64,000 bases of DNA from Felis catus (GCF_018350175.1 NC_058368.1:113710001-113774000); one strand, 5' to 3'; shown: positions 1 to 14,292, counted from the first letter of the stretch. Made by a program: numbers and translations. Notes: generated by a model from the letters alone, not told the origin.

Positions 1-1089
1 ACACAGTCAGTGAGGAAAGAAACTTCTAGAAATGCCTTCATTAATGAAGTGGCTTCTAGGGGACAGTCCCTTGAAATACCACCTTGTTGGTAATAAAACT
101 CCCCTAACTGTGGAGTTAAGGGCAGGCAAGTGAGGGGTAAGATGTCAGTCATTCTCCACCACTGAAGTAGGAGATCCTGGGATGCCTAGGCTGTAAGTCA
201 CATAAGTCACGGTGTGCTCTCGTGCTCGCGTCTTTGTTCTGCCTGGAGTCCGGGCTCTAATGAGGCTTTAGGAAAAGCAGAGCTGCCTTTTAAGAAAATT
301 TCATCCTAACCTGGAAACAGCAAAACGGAGCCAAGGCTCACTTACTGGGACTAACAAGGCAGAGAGACAATAAATGTAACCCTCAAATAATTCAGAAACC
401 TCTTCCTGCAAACCTCTCTGTGATCTAATAATAAAAACTACTACCGTTTTCTATAGCTTTTGATCACGCACAAAGCACTTTCACATCCCACAGTCTCTCA
501 TGATTCTCAAACTCCCCGTGAGGCCATTGCTGGCATCATCAGCATTTTGCAGATGAAGAAATGAAATGGAGGTTCAGAGAGATGGGGGGAGAATGAGAAG
601 CAACACTCTTGGCCTGCTGAGGTGATGAGCCCCCGCCGGGGCTGCTCTTCCTTGAGGCAGAGGCGAGGGGATGTGGGAGGTCCTACGGGGCCCTGCACTC
701 AGCCCCCTATGCTAGGGCACCAGGAGTTTCATATCTAGGCTAGCCCTGAGCACTCACAGAAGACTTTGGTTTCTCTTAGTTTTCATTGGTGGAATTTGTT
801 GTTTTAAACCTTCCTCCAGTGGTTAATTCCTCCAATGGCTCATTTCTTCTCAACAACCAGGATGCAGAAATGCTCAGAAGGCAGCAGCCATGTCCACTGT
901 GACCTCCTGTTCCTCTGGCAGCAGTCAGAGCCTACTTCCTCTACCCAGTGAGATTGTTGGAGCCTCTGTGGCTTGATGCACACAAGGCTACAGCTCACAC
1001 ACCCTTGGGTGACAAAGGCCTCCTCATGTCAGACCCATTCTTCTGAGCCACAAGCACTGGGAAGCTGAAGGGACAAGGGGCAGATTTGT

Positions 1090-1310
1090 GGTCAGACTGC
1101 CTGCCTCAGAACCCCGGCTCAGCTGCTTCCTAGCTGTATACCAGGGGAAGTTACTTAGGCAGAGCCTGAGTTTCCTCATCTGAAAAATGAGGATCGTAGT
1201 GGTGCCGACCTCACAAAGCTACTGTGTTAAATGAGAAAATACCTGCAAAGCACTTAGAAGAATGTCTACAATTGAAAAGCAAGTGCTTAATACGTGTTAA
1301 CTGTTGCTGC
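1090..1310 (+). mobile_element. MIR SINE
   Basis: Core AGTTACTTA...GAGTTTCCTCATCTGAAAAATG...AAAGCACTTAGAA. Confidence 0.8.
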
Positions 1311-2639
1311 TAATTGCTCTCATTTCAGATACAATACCCTTGAAAGTTTAAGAGTCCACAAAGGAGGAGGGATGGAAAGCAACATGTCCACATCTAACTT
1401 ACAATGCAGTGTGCTTAACAATATTTCAGCGAGATGAACCAAGCAGTTTAAGAGCCAAATACAAAACCCAAAACACCAAAGAGATAGAGAAAACTTCACT
1501 AGAACAGCAAGTTCAGTGAAGCGTCAAGGCCTTTGCATCTGCTGATCCTTTGGCTTGACAAGTTCCATGTTCTTTCCCCAAAAGGCTTCCCTGATCACCA
1601 GCTAATGAGACTTCCCTCTACCGCTCTATCACATCACCCTGTCTTCAAAGCAGTCATGACTCTCTGAAATGTTCTGATGTGTCCACTTGCTTACTGCCTA
1701 CTCCTTCACCAGAATACTAGCTGCACGTAGCCAAGAACTTGGCCTCTTTTGTTCACTATTGTTTCCTTGGGGTCTACAACAGGTCCTAACACATAGCAGA
1801 TGCACAAAGAACTGGCTGAATCTGTAACTGGACACTGAACCAAGCCATGAAGAATGAATAGGAATTTTCCAGGCTGAGAAAAGATGTGCCAGGTAGAGAA
1901 CCATGACAGCAAATGTGTGCCCGGCCTGAAGTTCTGCCTATAACAGAAGACCCAGAGGACTCTCTAAGGTTGAGTTAGAAGATTTCCCGTGTCATGAGCT
2001 CCACAGTGTGGTAAAACTCTACTGAAACCCTGAACCTCCACTCAAGCTTTCTAGAGCCTAGCATCCCAACAGTTCAGCCAGGCAACCAACAACCCCCTTA
2101 CCCAATACTCCCATCAAAGCGGGGGAAGGGGCTCCCCGGCACCCTGTGGACATCTGCCATGTGAGATCAAAGACTCTCATGGGGAAAATTCACTTATAAT
2201 TGGAATGGTAACATCAAAACATTGCAAAGTAAAAATGGCTTGAAAATTAAAAATGCTATCAGCAATGTTACTATATATTATACAACTATAAATTACATTA
2301 ATAATTATATATATTAACAGTGATAGCTAACATTTATGAAGCTCCTGCTTGATAGAGCTAACATTTTGTTGATTTTTGCATCAGTCGAGAACTGTGAATT
2401 TATAACATAAAAATATATGCAAATGAAATCATTCATTCATTCAGCAAACATTCATTACATGTCTAATTTATGCCAGGCACTGAGACATAGCAATGAACAA
2501 GTCACAGATCATTTCCTCAAGGTGCTCACCAGTCTACATGTGACATAAAGAAGGAGAGATCAACTCTGCTTGAATAGGTCAAAAAGAAAAAATTTAAAGA
2601 GAGATCACATAATAATGATGATGAGGATAATGATATCAG

Positions 2640-2812
2640 CAGGTAACATTTACGGAGCAATTACTATGCCCCACACACTGTTTTAACATTCTCTTCATTC
2701 ATTTAATCCTCACAACATCTACGTGATGGAGAATTATTATAACTTGCATTTTACAAAGGAGGAAATTGAGACACAGACAAGTTATGTCACTTGCCAAAAG
2801 TCACAGAGCTAG
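2640..2812 (-). mobile_element. MIR SINE
   Basis: ATTTAATCCTCACAAC...CATTTTACAAAGGAGGAAATTGAG...GTCACAGAGCTAGT. Confidence 0.8.
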
Positions 2813-2878
2813 TCAAAGCCTTAAAAGACTGACTGTGCTTGACCTGGGACAAAAAGAATTTGCCAAGTGGTTGAGTCT

Positions 2879-3080
2879 TGTTTCTCAACCTCATCCTAGT
2901 TGACCTTTGGGGCTACATAATTCCTCATTGTGGGGCTACCCTATGCTTTGTAGGAAGTTGATCAGCATCCCTGGCCTCTACCCACTAGATGCCAGTAGCA
3001 ACTGCTTTCTGGTGGGATAACCAAAAATGTCTTCAGACATTGCCAAATGTCCCCTGGAAGGAAAAAGCTGAAAACCACTA
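2879..3080. mobile_element. MER20 (hAT-Charlie) DNA transposon
   Basis: TTTCTCAACCT...AGCATCCCTGGCCTCTACCCACTAGATGCCAGTAGCA...AGACATTGCCAAATGTCCCCTGG...AAACCACT. Confidence 0.88.
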
Positions 3081-3084
3081 GGTT

Positions 3085-3930
3085 AAATGAAGACCATATG
3101 CTCAAAGCACCCTGGCAAGAAATGAGCTATCAGGTCTAGGAAACTACCAGTTACCTCATGTGGGGTACAATTCAGAGAATGACAAAGAATGAGGTTAAAG
3201 GCAGGAGCAGAACCAAGTTGCAGAGAAGACTCATGGCCTACGTAAGAATTTGGACTTGATCTTGAGGACAATGAGGAGCCACTGAAACATTTTAAGGAGG
3301 GACATGACCAAACCAGATTTAGGTTTCAGAAATACAGAGCTGGAAGCAAGATAGAAGGTGGCTCAAAGATGATGTGGAAAGAAATTGGAGAGTGGGGGTG
3401 GGGGGGCTAAAGTAGGAGACTGACAAGAATCCAGGGAAGGAAACATGCTTTGAAGGCGTAGGAGGTAAGATGGGCAGGCTTAGGTATGGGGTGGGGAAGA
3501 TCCAAGGATAGCAGCCCACAGACCTGGGTGACTGGATGAATGGCGATATCACCCACAATGACAAGAAGTGGAGGAACACGAACTCTGGTTTATACAGAGT
3601 GAGTTTGAACTGCATCAGAGAGAGACGATCCAAGTGGAAACGTCACTGTGCAACTGGATCATCAGTGTCTTGAATCTTCGATCTGAGCTGGAGATACATA
3701 TTCAGAGTGTGCGATATATGTGGTTATGAAGACTTTCCTGCTGAATGAAATTATGCAGGAGAGATTAACAAAGAGACAAAAGGCCTGAGGACAGAGCCCT
3801 AAGGCATCACCAACAGTGAAAGGTTGGGAGGAAGACAAGGACATAAACAAAAAGAGCCACAGATAGCAGGGAGACTATGTCAGAAAACGATGACAGAACA
3901 GTGCTACTATGGAAGTCAGTGGAAAAAGGG
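3085..3930 (-). mobile_element. LINE-2 fragment
   Basis: Purine-rich reverse L2 motifs (GAGCCACTGAAACATTTTAAG, GAGCTGGAGATACATA, GAGGACAGAGCCCT). Confidence 0.7.
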
Positions 3931-5602
3931 AAGATACCAGGTAATACCAAAATCCAGGATTCATGACTCAATGGGAAGGTTTAACTAAAAAGCACCCAGG
4001 CCATCAATTTTGATTACATTCATAAACTACTTCCATGAAGAAAATATAAGTTACTAATATAAATAAACGTAACTCTCCACACTTAGAGAGTTGAAGAGAC
4101 TACCCAATTAAACCTGCTTATTTAATTCACTTGTGATCTCAGGGAGACTAGAAAGCAACCCCAACATCAAATGGCTGCCAAAATCATGACAGCCGAAAAC
4201 AGATTCAAATCATGACAGCCGAGCACTGTGGGCAAAGCAGAGCCTTGGAATATAAAATGCAAGTTCCATCCAAATTCCTTCTCATAACAACATGAAGACC
4301 GATGTACAAGCTTACACTTTTGACAAATTATAAATGATCTTTTCATAAAGAGACAAACTTGATTTGTGTTTATCTGGAAAAGTTCTACTGCATTGTCAGA
4401 GGTTTTCACTAAAAGACAGAGAGGTATGTTTCCAGAATATAAGGTCTTATCTGAAGCAACATTTCAAATAGTAACACATCTAATATATGTTTTATACCCA
4501 ACGCTCATTTGCAACCTGTACATGCCTGGTTATATGTCCATCACTCAAAGTGAATCTGTTTGAATTAGCATATATGACGCAACTCCAAAGTATTCAAGAA
4601 GTTGGCAAAAATCAATTCTGAGGCAGAAGATATACAAACCCACCCGAGGAGGGGAAAAAAAAAAAAAAAAAAACAGACAGCAACGGACTTTTGGTCTTCA
4701 AATTTCTCTGCAAAAACATAAACTCCAGAATCCGGGACTTAGAATCAATCTGCACACAAAATTAGTTCCCAACACAAGGCCTTGGAACTTCATAACCTAA
4801 ATCCAGAGTGATCTTACACAACAAGAGCCTTTTCTCTTAGACACCCTGCATTCTGTTCTGTTGCATTTTTAGATCTACAGATAAATAAAATGGAACATAA
4901 GTTTAAAAGACTTTATCACTGGTTAAAATATTCACAATGCCACAATCTGCCACAGACAGAGTCATGTGGTTAAATGTGCAAACAATTACTCAATTTAATT
5001 TCATCTTGCACAAGTGAAAAAACAAGCTGTAATCACAGTAGATGCTGTTCATTTTATTCCAAAAGCCACCATCTTTTATGTTCCTGATTGGATTTTATTC
5101 TTGGACACAAGTGGAGTGGGCTTCCACACTAAGCATGCTAATTCACAGGGCATTAAGAGGGCATGCCTAAATAAAGCGGCAGCTGGATCTCTCCTAAAGG
5201 GACTTGATTCCAATTCCTTAAAGAGACGGGCTCCAAGATGAGCCACTGCCCAAACGCTCATACTCAACAGTCTCACACGGCACTGCACTGAGTCCTAGAA
5301 ACCCATACTGTCAGGATTCCTGTCCTTAGGTGACAAAGGAGCCCAAAGCCATTCCACGTTATATTCTACCTCTAGCACAGGCTCCAGGATCACACTCCCT
5401 GTGCTCTGCCAAGACCTTCAGTAAGTTATTCAACCTCTCTTAGCCTTCTTATCTGAAAATTGGGGATAATAAAAGAACATACATCACAGAGTTAATGCAA
5501 GGAGCAGATGAAAGTGTACATATTAAGTGTTTAGTACAAGACCTGGCATGTATTAAGTTCCCATTATTATCATTAATATTGTCTAATAAACAAAGAAAGA
5601 TC

Positions 5603-6331
5603 TGTGCATTAATTATCTATGACTGTATAACAAATTACCCCAAAACTTATTGCCTTAAAAAAACAAGCATTAGGGTGCCTACATGGCTCAGTCAGTTAAG
5701 CATCTGACTCTTGATCTCAGCTCCGGTCATGATCTCAGGGTCACAAGTTCAAACCCCGCCATGGGCTCCATGTTGGGCACGAAGCCTACTTTAAAAATAA
5801 AAACAAACAAAAAAATAAAAACGAAGCAAACAAACGTGTATTATCTCAAGTTTCTGTGAGTGAGGAATCTAAGCGTAATCTAGAGTGCCTCTGCTTCATG
5901 GTTTCTCATAGGCTGTGGTCACGTTATTGGCCAGGGTCTCATCTGAAGGCTCAACTGAAGGAGGATCCCCTTCCAAGTTCACTCCCATGGTGGTTGGCAG
6001 GATCCAGGACCTCACAGGCAATTGGACTGAGGGCCTCAGTTCCTCACTGGCCGGTGATGAGAAGCCTCCCTCAGTTCCTTACCACATGGCCTGGGACTCC
6101 CACTAGGAAGCTTACAGCATAGCAGCTGGCTTCCTTCAGAACAGGCAAAAGAGCAAGAGAGGGCACACAAGGCAGAAACTACATTCTCTTTGTAACCTAA
6201 TTTTAGAAGTAGCATCCTATATCTTTGCCATAGCCTCATTTGTCAGAAATGAGTCTCCAGGTCCACCCCGCAAAAAAGCATGAGTACCAGGAGGTGGGGA
6301 TTATTGAAGACCATGTTAGGGCTCTAGTACA
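5603..6331 (-). mobile_element. ERVL-MaLR solo LTR (MLT1 family), split by a SINE
   Basis: TATAACAAATTACCCCAAAACTTA...TTATCTCAAGTTTCTGTG is the reverse complement of the MLT1 3' end. Confidence 0.8.
5673..5825 (+). mobile_element. Old short CAN-SINE inserted in an MLT1 LTR
   Basis: tRNA-derived head GGGTGCCTACATGGCTCAGTCAGTTAAG and an A-rich tail. Confidence 0.88.
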
Positions 6332-7855
6332 TTCTGAAAAGCCAAAGTCTTCAAAGTGAGGTTGCAACTCTTTTTTTCCTTCTTTCCATTAACACTTATT
6401 TACTCTGTATCAAGTACTGCACAAAGGCCCTGAGAATATATTAAAGAACACAGACATGTCCTTGCTCTCATGAAGCTGATAATCTAGCAGGGGAAACAGA
6501 CATTAAAAAAATAAACTATGATTGAATTAAAGTTATGACGAGTGCCTTGAGGAAGAAGTACATTGTGCAAAATTGCACAAAGAATGTGATCCACTTGGAA
6601 TTCACATAGGTCCAGACACAAAGGAATGGACTGTAGGAAGGCTGTGAGATCAGACATATTCTGCACACGTTGGACTCAATAAATGGTAGGGTGGAGGCAG
6701 AACGGTGTCCAGGCAGCATTAAGCAGTTAAGTTTCTAACTGGCCCCTGTACCTGACTATATTAAATTCACAATGGACAATTCAGATATATTGGCCCTCCA
6801 TGATTTCAGTTAGATCTACAAACTACCACACAAAGAGTTAATAAAACCTATGTTGATCTAAATCTTCCAGACCAGCAAAACTGCAGTGTCTTGGGGGCTT
6901 CGGGTTATTTTAATAATTTGTCCAGGAAGACAGGTTTCCATAATAGGGCACAATACCCCTAACCAAAATCAGATCTCATTCTGATGAATTATTGCTAACC
7001 AAAAAGCACTCAGAACAACGAAGACTCTTTCTCATTCTATTTCATTAAATCCAATCAATTTTTCCATAAATAATACTGCTAAATGACTCCTGGAGCTAAA
7101 GAGAACACAATAATGCTGATCCATGGCAGAGGTAGAGTGAAACACTCAAAATGAAGATGCTTTCCTGTTGATTCCCAAGGTTGGAGAACAGACCCAGAAA
7201 CAGATGCAGCCCAGTGGGGGTTTAAATAAAGAACTTTCCTCCAAGGCATTCGAATTCTGCTCAGTGCCCTCTCTTGCTTACTAGCAAGCTGCAAGTTCAA
7301 GTGTCAAACAGCCACAAAAAGACACATTTCAATAGGTCTGAAATCCAATACATTTATTTGTACAGGAAAAGAAATTAGTACATCTTCATTATATTCATGT
7401 TACCCTGGGCCGAGATACTTATGATAAATAGCCTACATTGTAATCCTATTGACAAAAGGCCATCTTTCCCATTGATGCTGTGAAAACCCCTAGGTACATT
7501 GTGGTACTCAAACCATACGTACTAATGTAATTAAGGTTTGGGGGTAGGTGACACGTTTATTGTGCTCAAAAATTGAGTGACAACTGTTACCTAGCCCTGG
7601 TAACAGCATGCTTCCGGCCCCACTCCTGGCAGACTCAACACCAGCATGGAATTTCCAAAGTACAGCCCACACTCAGAACAAAGCAGAGGTGATCAAAATC
7701 TCATGTTTTTCTGGAGCAATGAGGTGTAGTGGGATAAAATGGAGGTAGAAGGGCTGCCCACCAGAATCAAAAATCTCCATCTGGTTGTCTGCTCACTCAC
7801 ATCATCACAGCTTCGTCCATGATGCGGAGAAAGGGAGTCAAGAGGATGGACCCGA

Positions 7856-7896
7856 CAACAACAACTAATAATAATAACAACAACAATAACAACAAC
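7856..7896. repeat. Imperfect (AAC/AAT)n trinucleotide repeat
   Basis: ACAACAACAACTAATAATAATAACAACAACAATAACAACAAC. Confidence 0.85.
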
Positions 7897-9564
7897 TTAA
7901 TCAAAGAGTTGAATAAACTTGGAGGTAGCTTTAGGAAACAGCAGGAGACTGGAGGGCTCAGCATTGGAGTTTGTTGGCTAGCAAAATAAGCCTCTGGCTG
8001 GAAGTTGAAAGTACTTGATTCCAGCCTCAACTAATTAACTCTTTGGCATTTAGCAAACATCTTCAATCAAGTAATTAGCAAGTAATTATTGAGTAGCTAC
8101 TATATGGTCAGCGTTCAGCAAGCTATGGGGTTGACACAGAGGAGGTTAAGGCTCCAATACTGCCCTCGAGGAACTTAACATTTTAACTAGAGCTTTCCAG
8201 AACCTGTCAAGAATGACTCCTTGTTACTAAGTCCTTGGAAAGTTGGAGGCTAAAATTTTAAGCTCACGAGCTCTTCACAGCTAACTGCTTTTAAGGAAAA
8301 AGTCTTTCAGAAACATATGATTTTAGCATTTCTAAAGATTAAAAAAACCCACTGGTTCTGCTGGATATATTAATAAGAATTATGCCCCCAAAGAAAAATG
8401 TTACAGGGTCTTACAGTCAATAAGTTTGGGAAACAAGAGGTTGAAAATGAAATAGTCTTCTTTACTATAGGACTTCTCAGAGCCTTAAAAAACTAATGTG
8501 TACTGTGAGCATCTAAAGGGAGGATATGATACTTCTCCAGGGAATCATTTTTCTCATTGATTAAGGTTCTGTGCCATGTACTTTGGAAAGACTATGGTAG
8601 ACACTTTCTCCTTCCCTTTCTCCTTCAGTAAATGCTCTCAATGGCTCAGAATCGTCTTAGCACGGGGGCTTTCACAGCAGCACCGCCTTGACACTCTACC
8701 TGGAACCCAGAGGCCAGCTATGAGGCCCTAGTGCATACCACCCCTCTGTCTGCTCCACTGAAAGTTATCCAGCCATCTTGAAAGTCCCACTTCCTTGAAG
8801 AAGATTCCAGACTGGCCTTTTCCTGTTCCGCTGAGAATACAAGAGGCCTGCATTGACCTGGACACTGCCTCCTGATGCTTTCCATGGCTCCTTTTACGAC
8901 TACTGTCCTGTTCAACCATTTCTTTGTGGAACGATCTGTGGGCACATCTTGAACAAAACAACGCATTCCACAAGAGCAGAGATATTGTATCTTCCTGTGG
9001 CACCAAGGACATAGGCTTTCAAATGTTTGGTGATTGACCAAGGAAAACTTAAAGAAAAATGCAAGGTATTGTTATCAAAAAAGGTCAGCCAAGCTTGGTC
9101 AGCCAGCCCCACATGGTCTTGAGATAAGAGCTATGCTGTTTGTCTTATTCATGGGCACAGTGTGGGAGGTGAGGGTGTCCCCCTGCTGTGACAGTGCTAT
9201 CAGTAAGAAGGCCAAACGTAACAGAGACAGAGGAAGCCAGAGGCACATGTGGAAAAGGCTTCTCAAGTGCAGCTGTTGAGCATGGTGCCCCCCCAAGGTG
9301 CTGACAGGGGATCAACCATCCCCAAATCCAGTCTAGTAGCTCTTGCTCCCCCAAAAGCCATGTGGTTTGCAGCATCTGGAGGCCACCATGGTTAACAGGC
9401 TCACCAGAGGCAGAAAGGAAACCTATCTTATAAAAGCCACTGGTCTGGTCAATCACCAACATGAACAGCAAAAGATCCTGGCTTCCCTCTCTCCAACACC
9501 TGAAGAGAGGATCTGCCTGGAGGACGCTACCAAGAGGCCTGGTGCAATTTCCCCAGCCTCACGG

Positions 9565-9830
9565 GAGGTAGTGTTGCATGACAGTTACGAACCTAAGGCT
9601 CTGGAGACAGACAACCCAGCTCTGAATCATGGCTTTGCAGTCATCAGCTATCTATCCTTGGGCAACTCAGTTAATACTCTGAGCCTCAGTCTCCTTACAC
9701 ATTTAAACTGGAATGAAATAGTTCCTTCTCCACTAGAAGGCTGTGAGAATATAGGAGATAAGCATACAGAGGGCTTAGTCCAACACTGGGCAAATAGCAA
9801 ATGCTCAGCGAACACTAGCCTCTGGTACTA
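9565..9830 (+). mobile_element. MIR SINE
   Basis: GGCTCTGGAG...CTTGGGCAA...CTCTGAGCCTCAGT. Confidence 0.65.
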
Positions 9831-10839
9831 ATCACTACCTCCCCAACACAACACTCTGCTTTGTGCAGTGCGTAACTCTGCCCAAATCTCTAGCCCACGC
9901 TGAGGTCCCCACGGCCACACAGGGTGATCCTATGCCAATCTATTCACATAATATATGCTCAAGAAATTAAAGTTATTTTCTGTATAATCAGAATTGGAGA
10001 TTTTTCTGTCTTCCCCACCAAATTGGAATATTCCCCAGAGTCAAATTACATGTGTACTTTCTTCACCACTTAAGAGCTGTGAAGGCTTGGGCAGCTTCCT
10101 CGTCTATAAAAAAGCAGATGGTCATAGCACCTATTTTGTTCAGTCACTGAAAAACTAGAGATTAGGTAGATCAAACCCAGGGCAAATGTGGGGAGGGAGA
10201 GAGGCACGGTCGGCAGCATTAAGGAAAGGAGCACCTTCTCAGAAGGGGAGGGTCTTGGGCACTCTCTCCACCTCTGAGCAGACAAAGGACAGACTGGGAA
10301 CAAGGAAATCAGGAAACTCTGCAGCCTGGCAATCAGCACAGAGGTGATCCTATGTCCAAGAGCCCTGAGCGCACAGAAATAATGGGGCAGAGCCATTTAA
10401 CAGACCAGGTAGACTGGGCAGGAGAGGGGGAGGAAGCAGCTCCCTTCATGGGGATGAACAGAGAGCACGATGAAAAGAACCCTCAAGATGCCAGCTGCAG
10501 TTTGGGAGTCAGGCTCTCTTTTCACTAAGGAATTTAGCTGGAGAGTGGTTGGCCAAGGACTCAGTGCCATGAATTCACGGGAGGACATACCATCAGGGGG
10601 CTGAGCTCAAGTGCTGCCAGCAGACCATGTGCATGTTTGGAGTGGCCCTTAGGAATGGGGGCACTTTGGGAATGGCTTAGTCTGGGGCTGGAATTTCCCA
10701 GAGCCAGAATTCCTGGTCAGACAGGTGGTGGTATCCTGGTCATGCAATCCTCCCATTTAACAACTCCATCATTACCTGTCCAGAAAGAAGGGAGATCTGC
10801 CAGGAAAAAAAGGGGGCCAAAACCTCCAAAGAATGTAGG

Positions 10840-12360
10840 AGACCATAATGCAGAAAAAGAAATGCAAACATCTCAAGTATATGAGACATGTTCAGTGCAA
10901 ATTAACACTTCACTGAGATTTCATATTTCACTATTAGGACAAAAATCCGAAAGCCAACAACCCAGTCTGCTCACTAGCTGGGAGGAAAGAGGTACTCACC
11001 CGCTGGTGCGGGTGGTAACTGTAGGTGTTAACCCATTAGAAGGGGAACGAAACTTGGCAACACCCATTCACATTACTAACACACACACCCTTTGACCAAG
11101 CAAATCTGCTTCCGGAATTGAACACGCAAGACAGAGCTACACATGAGTGAAATGAAGTGTCCATAACATCATTCCTTACAGCACTGTCTTTAACAGCAAA
11201 CATAAAAAACAACACCAATTTCCACCAACAGGAAACCAGGTAAATAAACGAATTTCATATAGACTATGAAATACTATGCAACTTAAAAAATAATGAGGAT
11301 CCAAGATAGAAAAACGGGCAAAATTCATAAACAGTCCACAGAAAGAGACACACAAAATACACAAAAAAATGCTCAACTTCACTTGCTGTAAGAAAAATGC
11401 AAGTTAAAACCACAATGTAATGCCACTGCTTACCTATCACGGTTGCAAAAATTCAAAAGCTTCATCACATAGTCTGCCAGCAAGGCTGTAGAGAAACCAG
11501 ACCTGTCACACGTCACTGGCTGGAGTGCAGAATGTTTCAGCCCCAGGGAGGGGGATTTAGAAACATCCAACACTACCGCATATGCTTTGACTGTGACCCA
11601 GCAATCCCACTTCTATGAAGGCGCCCCAAAGGTGTAACTCCACCAACATGAAACAAGAGACACACAAACTTATTCACTTGCCTTGTGCATTTGCCAGAAA
11701 AACATTCAGACAATTTAAATGCCCATCCACAGGAAGTTGGCTGGGTAAAATCCACACAATGGGAAAAACTCTGCAGCCTTATTAAAGAATAAGAAAGATC
11801 TTGATGAAATGCTATGGACTCCTTCCAATACATATTATTAAATGCTAAAAGCAAAGTGCATATGATATATATACACATATACACACATGAAATTTTGCAT
11901 ATTATTTCCTAGAAATTCAGCAATTCTTTTTCTAAAATTTATCCTAAGGAAATAATTGTAAAGATAAACAAATATTTAATCACCAAAAATGTTCATCACA
12001 ACATTGTTACACTAGGGAAAAGCTGAAAAACAGCCCAAATGTAAAAATAAACAAACAAATACAGACTTATTTTAATAAATTATGGAATATCCACCCAAAG
12101 GAATATAGGGTAGGGTCCAAGTATACACCATGAGAAAGATGTTCATCAGCATTTTAAAATGAAAGGGCACATGCATTACATGATTTCATTTAAAACTATA
12201 TACACATAGATATAGAGACATAAACCAACATAGCTATCTATGAAATTAAATACACTTTATTTTTTCTTAGTTCTGTTTATTTTTCTTAACATCCTCAAAA
12301 AAATGCTATTTCTTTTATAACCATATCTATTTTTCAGTAGTCAATGTATTTTTTGTAAAT
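10840..12360 (+). mobile_element. Cluster of ancient L1M (L1ME/L1MC-like) 3' fragments
   Basis: Degenerate L1 motifs such as AAAATGCTCAACTTCAC, ATGCAAGTTAAAACCACAATG and GACCCAGCAATCCCACTTCTA. Confidence 0.7.
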
Positions 12361-13679
12361 AGGAGCAGAAAAGCCCAGTGCCGAAAGATTCTGGAGAGGT
12401 ACAATCCAGACACCTTACCCTCCAACTTCAAGGTTGGGAAAAGACTCACAGGCTACTCAGAGTTCGGGGAGCTCTTGTAACACTGCTCAGTATAACTTGC
12501 AGGGGAAGAGAGGGGAACCAGCTCCCTAGCTAGGATTTCAAAGCAAACCTGTCAGCCTGCCAGCAACCCCTAAGACCAGCTCTACACAACAGTGGGTCAA
12601 CATCCACTGGACCGTAACGATGATTCCCCACTAACTCCCCTGGGAATGACCAAACTTGAGGTTTTGAAAAACCTAGCCTCATCTCAATAAGGCATCCTTG
12701 GCTAAGCTCCACATGTCAGCTCAGGCAGCACCTGAAGCTAAGGACTGCTCCAATAAGCTGACAAAAACAGCCCACACCTATCAGCATAGCCTTGTGACTC
12801 TGCAAAGAAGGATGCTGACTTTAAGTAACAATGCTGAAAACCCAGTTTCTGTCAACTTGCTGGCTGCCAAGCCAGCAAACAGAATGAGGTTTATTTCTAA
12901 GAGCAGCACAGCATGCTCAAGAATGTAGATTTGGAGTCCAACCCACATTTGAAGCTTCCCTTCTTTCCCTTAGCTCTTCTACTTGGCAAGTCTCTAACCC
13001 ACACTGAGCTCCAGGCTTCTCGGGGATCTCTATTAGAGCTATAAAGATGAAATAAGCTGTGTGCAGGGAGCTTGGTACAGCAGCTTTAGTATATGTGTGG
13101 GTACGCACATACATAGAAGGAGGACTGATAAAACAAAACGGTGACAAGACTATCATAGAACAGCACCTCGCACATACTAAGTCTCAAAAGATACTAGCTA
13201 TTATTACTGCTAGAGCAAAGATTAGTGAGCCAGAGTCATCCACCAACAAATCAGAGAAACAAAGCACAAGGGCTTGAGACCCAACCTTGTGTGGCCATAC
13301 TCAAAGTCTCAAAGGGTATGAATGGCATCAGTATCCCAAAAAGGGAAGAAGTTACCGTATAAAAAAAAAAAAAATCATACCTAAGTCTGACATATATCAA
13401 GGACATGCAGATTTGAAATAATCACTGGTTTCACTTAAATGGAACATAAACTAAATCACCCAACAATATATTTCTTTCAAGAAATTAAACTCTCTCTCAA
13501 GCCCCTAGTTACTTTGAACAACAATAAAGACCTCTGAATTCAGCAAAGGTCCCAGTGTTAACCAACATAAGTTGCAAGCCTAGAGGATTTTTAAATTAGT
13601 GATTATTAAACCTCCTATTTATCAATGAATTACTATACTGCCAAGCAGAGGGTTAAGCCCCTTACATCAAAAGTGTGTT

Positions 13680-13855
13680 GGGGCACCATGGTGGCTCAGC
13701 CAGCTGACTATCTGACTCTCCATTTCAGCTCAGTCCATGATCCCAGGGTCATGGGACCAAGTCTTATGTTGGGCTCTGCACTCAGCATGGAGTCTGCTAA
13801 AGCTTCTCTCTCCCCCTCTGCCCCTCTCCCCTGCTTACACTCTCTTAAAAATCAA
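13680..13855 (+). mobile_element. CAN-SINE (older subfamily)
   Basis: GGGGCACCATGGTGGCTCAG head, CT-rich region and TSD AGTGTGTTG. Confidence 0.9.
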
Positions 13856-14164
13856 ACAGTGTGTTGTTTCAGTGGGACTTACATTGCTCCCCACCAAATT
13901 TGACTAAGACCCATTTTGGAATCAAATTCCTATATATTCTATGAAAAAAAGAGGGGGCAGGGGTGCGAAAGCTTCCAGATGTTCAAACACAACTCCTACC
14001 TAGAAACGGCTTTATAAAGTAGGCACAACTGACCCTCATGCAGGCCCTCACCTGCTCCTTGGAGATATGAGAAGATGACCAGAGTGGGAAGAAGGTGGTC
14101 ATCAACCTTCTGGAAAATGCAATACTCACCATGTTCCTCCAGTAAGGTACACTTCCCTCTGAGG

Positions 14165-14292
14165 TACAAATTTTAGACCATATGATAGGAAAACAGCTTA
14201 AAACCCATACAAATTTTAGACCATATGATAGGAAAACAGCTAAAAACCCATACAAATTTTAGACTATATGATAGGAAAACAGCTTAAAACCC
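14165..14292. repeat. Minisatellite: three 43-bp tandem copies, followed by G18 (14293-14310)
   Basis: The unit TACAAATTTTAGACCATATGATAGGAAAACAGCTTAAAACCCA starts at 14165, 14208 and 14251. Copies 2 and 3 each carry one substitution. Confidence 0.97.

Noticed and set aside
4600..4675. Cryptic minus-strand exon downstream of a long poly-T tract
   Set aside because: An acceptor-like CTCAG exists, but I found no matching donor or SPOCK1-like coding frame.
9343..11095. 162-aa and 152-aa ORFs
   Set aside because: They start at non-ATG codons, run through MIR or old L1 remnants, and resemble no protein I recognise.
14165..14292. CRISPR-like array
   Set aside because: The repeats are directly adjacent with no unique spacers, there are no cas genes, and the context is mammalian. 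It is a minisatellite.
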